From Chiloscyllium plagiosum (taxonomy: Eukaryota), in the NCBI RefSeq assembly GCF_004010195.1, contig NC_057749.1, positions 20,473,782 to 20,503,266 on the forward strand: DNA of 29,485 nt. The letters run 5' to 3'. Shown one piece after another: positions 22,278 to 29,485 of this stretch. Below the pieces are notes generated by a model. It ran no database searches and was not told the origin of the DNA. It was given only the letters and a program-made list of their open reading frames with translations. A program made the position numbers and the translations under genes. Every line of letters starts with the position of its first letter. Within the stretch, counting starts at the first letter, position 1.

Positions 22278-22954
22278 AAATCCAATTGCCACTTATCTGC
22301 CAACTCAATCAAACAAGTGATATCATCCCATAGCCAAAAACCATTTTTCTCACTAGCAACAAAACAGGGAATTTCATATTGTCTGCAAAATTTGCCAATC
22401 ATGCCTCTCACATACAAGATATGCTGCAAACAGCAAACAAGCCAACACAGAGCCAGGTGGAAACTGCTTTTCACTGCAAAAACACCCATCGGTTTCCTAT
22501 CACTGAGCCAAATTTGGATCCAACTCCCCTGTATCCTATTGGCTTTAATTTTTCTGACCAGTCTGTAATGAGACCCCTTGTCAAATGGCTCGCTAAAATT
22601 CATGTAGCTGAATTCAATCCACCGTATTACGTCCTTAAGACATTCAATTTTGTTATTAGGACACTCACTGATCAAAACCATGCAGGTTAGACATGATTAA
22701 TCCCTGCCGCAACAGTTCATTCTGACTCTCAGAATCGACCTTGGCAATTCACGCACTGCCAAAACCAGACAGAGCAGCTTATAATTATTTGACCAATCCC
22801 TCGTGGCATTTTTGAATAACAGCCCAATATTCACAGACCTCCAATCTTTTCGCACCGTGTCTGTATCTAGTGAGATGGGAAAATTTTCTCCGCTAGGAGG
22901 ACACCTTTCAAGGCTTTGATGAGGTTGCACTACAGACCTCCCAACACAAAAAAA

Positions 22955-23080
22955 AAACCAAAGAACTGCTATGATGGAAATCAGGAACAGAAATTGCTGG
23001 AAAATCTCAGCAGATCCGGCCATGTATGGAAAGAAAGCAAAATTAACATTTCAGGTCAGTAACCCTTCTTCAGACCTTCC
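22955..23080 (-). mobile_element. Penelope-like terminal repeat (second subfamily) with an intact hammerhead core
   Basis: Minus strand from 23073: CTGAAGA A GGGT tactg ACCT GAAA tgtt, then ...tctgctgagattttccagca. Confidence 0.72.
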
Positions 23081-23099
23081 AACAGCCAGAGGGAGACGG

Positions 23100-24225
23100 A
23101 GGAACAGATATGAAGACAGGTTATGGAAAATCGTGAACACAACAGTGTTGTTGAAGAGGGTGATTTTAACTTCCCAAACATTGACTACGGCTCCCTTAGC
23201 ACCAGGGGGATGGATGGGGGGAGTTTTGTTTTTAAAGGTACATCCAAGAACGTTTCTTGAAGCAGTATGTAAATAGTTTAAGTAGGAAAGGGGCCATACT
23301 AGACCTGCTATCGGGGGATGACCAGGTTTCAGTGGGGGAGCAATTTGGGAACAGTGACCAGAATTCTGCAAGTTTAAAGTTCTACCTCGATGCTACGGTC
23401 AAGAAAGCACACCAATGCCCCAACCAACTCAGAAGGCTAAGGAAATTTGGCATGTCCACAATGATTCTTAGCAACTTTTACAAATGCATCATCGAAAGCA
23501 TCTTATTTGGATGCATCACTTGGTATGGCAATTGCTCTGCCCAACACCACAAGAAATTACAGAGAGCTGTGAACACAGCCCAGTCCATTATGAAAACCAG
23601 CCTTCCTTTCATTGATTCAGTCTATACTTTCTGGTGCCTCAGGAAAGCAGCCAATATAATCAAAGACCCCTTCCACCCCAGTTATATCCTCTTCCGTCAG
23701 GCAGAAGACACAAAAGTTTCAAAACACGCACCAAAACATTCAAGAATAGCTTCTTCCCTGCTGTAATCAGACTTATAAATGAACCTTTAATATATTAGAG
23801 TTGATCTTTCTTGCACCTTCATTGTAGCTGTAACATTATATTCTGCATCCTGTTCTCTTACCCTGATGTACTATGTAAGATATAATTTATCTGGATAGCA
23901 TGCAAAACAATACTTTTCACTGTATCTCGGGACATGACCATAATAAATCAAATTAAATAAACGTATGGATAAGGATAGAGTAGTCCTTGGGTAAAAGTTA
24001 AATTAGAGAAGCTAATTACAACAATGTTTGACAGGAACTGGGCATGTAAATTGGGATAGCTGTTTCAGGATAAATCCACAATTGTTACGTAGGAATCTTT
24101 TAAAGGCCAGTTGATTAGAGTTCAGGACCAGTATGTTCCTGTGAAAGTGAAGGATAAGGACAGCAAGATTCAGGAACCTTGGATAACAAGAGCAATTGTG
24201 AGCTCAGTCAAAAACAAAAATAGAG
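23100..24225 (+). mobile_element. Old CR1 APE-endonuclease region split by a Rex1 insertion (pieces about 23100-23380 and 23961-24225)
   Basis: 'GDFNFPNID', 'FLKQYV..SRKGAILDLL', 'VGEQFGNSDQNS' (SDH motif) before the insertion. CR1 linker sequence resumes after it. Confidence 0.75.
23381..23960 (+). mobile_element. Rex1/Babar-type LINE 3' end
   Basis: 'VKKAHQ...LRRLRKFGMSTMILSNFYKCIIESILFGCITWYGNCSAQHHKKLQRAVNTAQSI..LP...HPSY.LF', then the 3' UTR and an aataaatcaaattaaataaa tail. Confidence 0.85.
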
Positions 24226-24229
24226 AAAT

Positions 24230-26190
24230 ACATCCAGGGAAGTTATTTGGGTGCAACTGAGAAATAAGAAAGGGATAATCACCTTATTGGGATTGTATTA
24301 TAGACCCCTCAATAGTCAGAGGGAAATTGAGAAACAAACTTCTAAGGAGATCTCAGCTATCTGTAAGAATAATAGGGTGGTTATGGTAGGGGATTTTAAC
24401 TTTCCAAACGTAGACTGGGACTGCCATAGTGTTAAAGGCTTAGATGAAGAGGAATTTGTTAAGTGTGTACAAGACAATTTTCTGATTCAGTAGGTGGATG
24501 TACCTACTGCAGAAGGTGCAAAACTTGACATACTCTTGGGAAATAAGGTAGGGCAGGTGACTGAGGTATCAGTGGGGCAGCACTTTGGGGCCAGCCACCA
24601 TAATTCTATTAGATTTAAAATAGTGATGGACCAGATCTAAAAGTTGAAGTTCTAAATTGGAGAAAGGCCAATTTTGACTGTATTAGGCAAGAACTTTCGA
24701 AAGCTGATTGGGGGCTGATGTTCACAGGTAAAGGGACGGCTGAAAAATGGGAAGTCTTCAGAAATGAGATAACAAGAGACTAGAAAAAGTATATTCCTGT
24801 CAGGGTGAAAGGAAAGGCTTGTGGGTATAGGCAATGCTGGATGACTAAAGAAATTGAGGATTTGGTTAAGAAAAAGAAGGAAGCATATGTCAGGTATAGA
24901 CAGGATAGATCGAGTGAATCCTTACAAGAGTATAAAGGAAGTAGGAGTATACTTAAGAGGGAAGTCAGGAGGGCAAAAAGGGGACATGAGATAGCTTTGG
25001 CAAATAGAATTAAGGAGAATCCAAAGGGTTTTTACAAATACATGAAGGACAAAAGGGTAACTAGGGAGAGAATAGGGCCCCTCAAAGATCAGCAAGGCGG
25101 CCTTTGTGTGGAGCCACAGAAAAAGGAGGATATACTAAATAAATATTTTGCATCAGTATTTACTGTGGAAAAGGATATGGAAGATATAGATTGCAGGGAA
25201 ATAGATGGTGACATCTTGCAAAATGTCCAGATTACAGAGGAGGAAGTGTTGAATGTCTTGAAACAGGTAAAGGTTGATAAATCCCCAAACCCTGATCAGG
25301 TGTACCCAAGAACTCTGTGAGAAGCTAGAGAAGTGATTGCTAGGCCTCTTGCTGAGATATTTGTATCATCGATTGCCACAGGTAAGGTGCCGGAGGACTG
25401 GAGGTTGGCAAACGTGATTCCACTGTTTAAGAAGGGTGGTAAGGACAAGCCAGGGAACTATAGACCATGAGCCTGACCTCAGTGGTGGGCAAGTTGTTGG
25501 AGGGAATCCTGAGGGACAGGATGTACATGTATTTGGAAAGGCAAGGACTGATTAGGGATAGTCAACATGGCTTTGTGCATGGGAAATCATGTCTCACAAA
25601 CTTGATTGAGTTTTTTGANNNNNNNNNNNNNNNNNNNNNNNNNNNNNNNNNNNNNNNNNNNNNNNNNNNNNNNNNNNNNNNNNNNNNNNNNNNNNNNNNN
25701 NNNNNNNNNNNNNNNNNNNNNNNNNNNNNNNNNNNNNNNNNNNNNNNNNNNNNNNNNNNNNNNNNNNNNNNNNNNNNNNNNNNNNNNNNNNNNNNNNNNN
25801 NNNNNNNNNNNNNNNNGACTTATACACTTAATGGTAAGGTCCTAGGGAGTGTTGCTGAACAGACACGTTGGAGTGCAAGTTCACAGCTCCTAGAAAGTGG
25901 AGTCGCAGGTAGATAGGATGGTGAAGCATGCATTTGGTATGCTTTTCTTTATTGGTCAGAGTATTGAATACAGGAGTTGGGAGGTCATGTTGCGGCTGTA
26001 CAGGACATTGGTTAGGCCACTGTTGGAATATTGCATGCACTTCTGGTCTCCTTCCTAACGGAAAAGATGTTGTGAAACTTGAAAGGGTTCAGAAAAGATT
26101 TACAAGGATGTTGCTAGGGTTTGAGGATTTGAGTTATAGGGAGAGGCTGAACAGGCTGGGATTGTTTTCCCCCTTCAAAGAAGGCAGTCT
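24230..26190 (+). mobile_element. Younger CR1 (HER1-like) LINE ORF2: endonuclease, linker, RT and C-terminus; non-functional
   Basis: 'GLYYRP', 'VGDFNFPNVDW', 'NPKGFYKYMKDKR', 'KSPNPDQVYPRTL', 'SLTSVVGKLLE', 'QHGFVHGKSCLTNLIEFF', 'LERVQKRFTRML', with in-frame stops and frameshifts. Confidence 0.95.
25619..25816. other. Assembly gap (198 N)
   Basis: Run of N inside the CR1 RT region. Confidence 1.
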
Positions 26191-26269
26191 GTCCAGTTCT
26201 TCCCTTCTCATTGTCCTTATTGTATCTAATATTTTACATACCCCCTTTATCTAGAATGCCTGCATCATT

Positions 26270-26560
26270 GTGGGCGGCACGGCGGCAAGCACTGCTGCCT
26301 CAGAGTGCCTGAGAACCGGGTTCAATTCCCGCCTCAGGCGACTGACTGTGTGGAGTTTGCACGTTCTCCCCGTGTCTGCGTGGGTTTCCTCCGGGTGCTC
26401 CGGTTTCCTCCCACAGTCCAAAAGATGTGCAGGTCAGGTGAATTGGCCATGCTAAATTGCCCGTAGTGTTAGGTAGGGGCATGGGTGGGTTGCGCTTCGG
26501 CGGGTCGGTGTGGACTTGTTGGGCCGAAGGGCCTGTTTCCACGCTGTAATCTAATCTAAT
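26270..26560 (+). mobile_element. Near full-length HE1-type tRNA-derived V-SINE
   Basis: Head gggcggcacgg, B-box-like gggttcaattcc, core gtgtctgcgtgggtttcctccgggtgctccggtttcctcccac, CR1-like 3' end gggccgaagggcctgtttcc and (TCTAA)n. Confidence 0.93.
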
Positions 26561-26974
26561 CGTTCTCTTTTGTGAAGTCAAAAACAAAATACTCATTAAG
26601 AACCTTGCCCACAAATTCTGCATCCACACAAAAGTTAACCTGTACATCACTTATCCTTTTCTTTTAGTAATCCTCTTATTCAATGTACTGAAAAAACATT
26701 GTCAATTTTTCTTCGTTTGACAATTTGTTTTGCTTGTTTTTATAATTTCGTTTTTCATCTCACCCCTGTACTTTCTGTACTCCTCAAAAGCTTCCTAAAG
26801 TATTATCTTTTTTGAGATTGTCATAAGCTGTATTGTTCTGATTTATCTCACTCCATACATTTCTGGGTAACTAGGGGGAGACTCCAGATTTAGCAGCAGC
26901 AGCAAACTATAGCAACTGCATGCTGTAGTCTAGATGGACCACTTCAATTCCGTGGTAGGATCTTTCTATCAGGC

Positions 26975-27490
26975 AGGGCGCTGCAATTAACTCTCTTGCT
27001 CACTCGCTCAAAGCAGAACATAGGTCCAACTCAGAGACTGGATCATAAAATCCAGGCTGATGCTCCAGGGGAACACCAAGGGGATCGCCTTTCAGCTCAG
27101 ATGTTTAAATCAAGGCTCCGCCTGCTCCACCGTAGTGTTAGGTGAAGAGATAAATGTAGGGGAGTGGGTCTGGGTGGGTTGCGCTTCGGCGGGTCGGCGT
27201 GGACTTGTTGGGCCGAAGGGCCTGTTTCCACACTGTAAGTAATCTAATCTAATCAAGTAGGGGTGAAAGATTCTGTCTTATTGGTTCAAGAGCAATTGTG
27301 CCTGCAAATGCTTAACCTTCAAGCGAACTAAAGTGGATAACATGGTCATAATGATATTGCTGATTTCTTTGGAGCCTTGCTTTGGCTGGCAGCTACGTTC
27401 CCTGTAACACTGACATACTTAAAATATTTTATTGGTAATAAAGTACTTGGAATATTCCAAGGCTGTGAAATGCACTCTAAAAAATGCAAG
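26975..27490 (+). mobile_element. Degenerate SacSINE1-like DeuSINE interrupted by an HE1 3' fragment
   Basis: 'aaatccaggctgatgctccag', 'agatgtttaaatcaaggctcc', then after the insertion 'ccttgctttggctggcagctacgttccc' and the tail 'gtgaaatgcactctaaaaaatgcaag'. Confidence 0.62.
27128..27253 (+). mobile_element. HE1-type SINE 3' fragment
   Basis: Nearly identical to 26460-26560, with a TCTAA tail. Confidence 0.88.
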
Positions 27491-27559
27491 ATGGATGAAT
27501 GGGCCGAGAGGTGCCAGATAGCTTCAACAAAAGCAAGACCTCAGATGATGGGGATCAGA

Positions 27560-27735
27560 GATAAAAATCAAAGTGCTAGAGAACCTCAGGTCTGAAAGCA
27601 TTCGGGTGTTGAGAGAAGCAAAATTAATGCCGAGCTGAGTCAAGACTCTTCTTTGGAGCGGAGGCTCTGAATGCTTTCTCTCTCGCAGATGCTACCAGAT
27701 CAGAGGGGGTCTCCAGCATTTTCTAGTTGTATTTG
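27560..27735. mobile_element. Highly decayed palindromic Penelope-like terminal repeat
   Basis: Arms aaagtgctagagaacctcaggtctgaaagcat / atgctaccagatcagagggggtctccagcatttt are imperfect reverse complements. Confidence 0.5.
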
Positions 27736-28117
27736 AGCCCCAAGAGCTCTCCTGATTTCTGTCTATCTTGCTCAGCGTATGCACCACTAACAGACATATT
27801 AGACTGTAGAGTAGGCATCTTTCTCTTTAAAATGCATTCTTGGAATGAAATTATTTTTCTGCGCAAGTCAGCAGTTTTTTTGCTCATTCCAAGAGTCCAT
27901 GTGGTGCATTGGCATGTGTAATAAGGTCTCTGAACAGGTTGGTTAGAATTTTTTGTTGCCCATGCTAGTGGCGCCTGATAGTATGGTGGTAGGCCTTTCT
28001 GAATTACTGCACATCGTGGTCTTGAAGCTCCCACGGAGTTGCTTAAGGGAAATCCAAGATTGTGTCCTTACAATCACAAAGGGATCATAATATGTTTCCA
28101 AGTTGGAACAGTGCAGT

Positions 28118-28590
28118 GAGTTCAGAAAAGATTCACAAGGATGTTGCCAAGGTGGAGAATTTGAGTTATAGGGAGGTGCTGAATAGGCTGGAGCTGTTTT
28201 CCCTGGAGTGTCGGAGGCTGAGGGGTGACCTTATAGAGATTTATAACATCATGGGGGGCTTGGATAGGATAAATAGACAAGGTCTTTTCCCTGCGGTAGG
28301 GGAGTCCAGAACTAGAGGGCATAGATTTAGGGTGAGAGGGAAAATATATAAAAGGGACGCAAGGGGCAACTTTTTTCATGCAGAGAGTGATGCGTGCATG
28401 GAATGAGCTGCCAGAGAAAGTGGTGGAGGCTGGTACAATTACAGCATTTAAAAGGCATCTGGATGGGTACATGAATAGGAAGGGTATAGAGAGAAGTGGA
28501 CCAAATGCTGGCAAATGGGACTCGATTAGGTTAGGATATTTGGTCAACATGGACGAAAGGGTTTGTCCGTGCTGTACATCTCTATGACTT
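28118..28590 (+). mobile_element. CR1 (HER1-like) LINE 3' end
   Basis: 'LSYREVLNRLELFSLECRRLRGDLIEIYNIMGGLDRIN...TRGHRFRVRG', 'WNELPEKVVEAGTITAFKRHLD', tail 'gtacatctctatgact'. Confidence 0.93.
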
Positions 28591-29249
28591 GCTACTCTGG
28601 AGTCAGAAGGGGGAGGAGAAAAGTAAAGTAAACAAAAAGGCTACATCCTAGAAGTTGGGCCAGGACCACCTTAAATAGACTCATGACAGCAAATTAACCA
28701 TCCGACTCATTACCTTCAAAGTTATTACTAAAAGTTCAATTTCTAACTTCTAAATATGAAGTTAACATACAACCAGTTAGGAAGACCAGGAACAACTGCA
28801 AGTAATTTTACTATTACAGATTTCGACATTCAGTGCATCTCACTAAGATACCGGAGATGAACTTTGAAGAAACAAAATCCCTGAGAAAGATAGAAAGCTT
28901 TGGGCCCTTCATTTCTGAAGGATTCCTACAAAAGCTACTAACCTTCAAACAAATTACCCCAGCTGTACCTGCACAACTGCCTGAAGCCAGAGAGGAATGT
29001 AAACAATCTGAAATTTTTCATTACCTGACAGTGAAGTTTGAACACACACCATTCTCTCAAACACATCTCTTTCAAGTTACTGGGAATACAGTTAAAGCTG
29101 CAGCTCCAACAAACTTCTTAGCTCCCCACTGGCATGCCTCAAGCAACTTTTCACTTCACACGTTTTAGCCTTGTTACCAATCAAGCTCAAAAACATTAAC
29201 GAAAAGCTGACAACTTCACCTCCACTACACTTCCAGCTGCATTAAGGTG

Positions 29250-29377
29250 TATAGTAGCTTAGTGGGTAGCACGCAAGCCTCTAAATTAGGTGGCAGTAGG
29301 TTGAAGACCCACTAGTTCAATAAAGATCATGATCACACTGTCGTGGGGTGCCATCATTTTGGCATCAAGGCTCCTAT
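29250..29377 (+). mobile_element. Degenerate tRNA-derived SINE head (SacSINE1-like)
   Basis: A-box-like tagcttagtgggtagc and B-box-like ggttgaagaccc, followed by 'tcaagggctcctatct'. Confidence 0.45.
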
Positions 29378-29473
29378 CTCCCCCCGCCCCCATACCACCT
29401 CACCCCCTTTCTCCATACCCATTCCATTTTCCCACAGACCCCCTCACCCCCTTTTCCCACAACCCCCTCCCCG
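29378..29473. repeat. C-rich imperfect tandem repeat (G-runs on the minus strand)
   Basis: Recurring cctcaccccc(c)ttt and ttttcccaca..ccccctc units. Confidence 0.75.
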
Positions 29474-29485
29474 AACCAGTGCTTC

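Larger units (their letters stand above)
20025..22915 (-). mobile_element. Old CR1 LINE split by later insertions (pieces about 20025-20801 and 22278-22915)
   Basis: RT motifs 'KDWRSVNIGLLFK', 'YMNFSEPFDK..H.RLVRKI', 'WIQIWLSDRK', 'ADKWQL' in the distal piece. C-terminal 'VWNLLP..VE..S..SFKQHLD' in the proximal piece. Confidence 0.72.

Noticed and set aside
22046..22681. Longest ORF in the track (211 aa) as a host gene
   Set aside because: Decayed CR1 RT reading into MITE sequence, with degenerate motifs.
24230..26190. Active LINE or domesticated RT
   Set aside because: Multiple stops and frameshifts, 5' and 3' truncation.
26270..26340. tRNA gene
   Set aside because: tRNA-derived SINE head continuing directly into the V-SINE core; no complete cloverleaf.
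29020..29130. Minus-strand cag|gtaatg donor as the missing upstream KTI12 exon
   Set aside because: No frame yields KTI12 N-terminal sequence.
1..29485. Prokaryotic-type systems (CRISPR array, operon, retron/defence locus)
   Set aside because: No regularly spaced repeat-spacer array and no dense ORFs; the content is vertebrate introns and transposons.

Overview
Eukaryotic, repeat-rich, mostly intronic DNA from a cartilaginous fish (inferred from elasmobranch HE1-type SINEs, HER1/CR1 LINEs and SacSINE1-like DeuSINEs; a shark is likely). The only host gene I can support is on the minus strand: four short internal coding exons of KTI12 (Elongator-associated P-loop protein) at 14272-14323, 9070-9122, 4592-4647 and 1537-1616. 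All four have GT-AG boundaries and splice in frame to (D)SRKEKDLRGALKAEVERKINKDDVVIMDSLNYIKGYRYELFCLVKHAQTPHCLIHCDTAVDVCSLWNRNREPEEQYSQE(I/M). The ORF track does not capture them. I found neither the 5' exon(s) nor the 3' exons in the window. The introns hold decayed CR1, Rex1/Babar and Penelope-like retroelements, SINEs, a probable solo LTR and a probable Tc2/pogo-type MITE, with deep nesting at 20-26 kb. The most notable non-coding signal is a set of short Penelope terminal-repeat insertions. Some are fold-back palindromes with target-site duplications, and they carry minimal hammerhead-ribozyme cores (CUGANGA-stem-GAAA-NUH). I see no evidence for a wholly new multi-gene system. Repeat boundaries are approximate and family names come from recognition, not from database searches.
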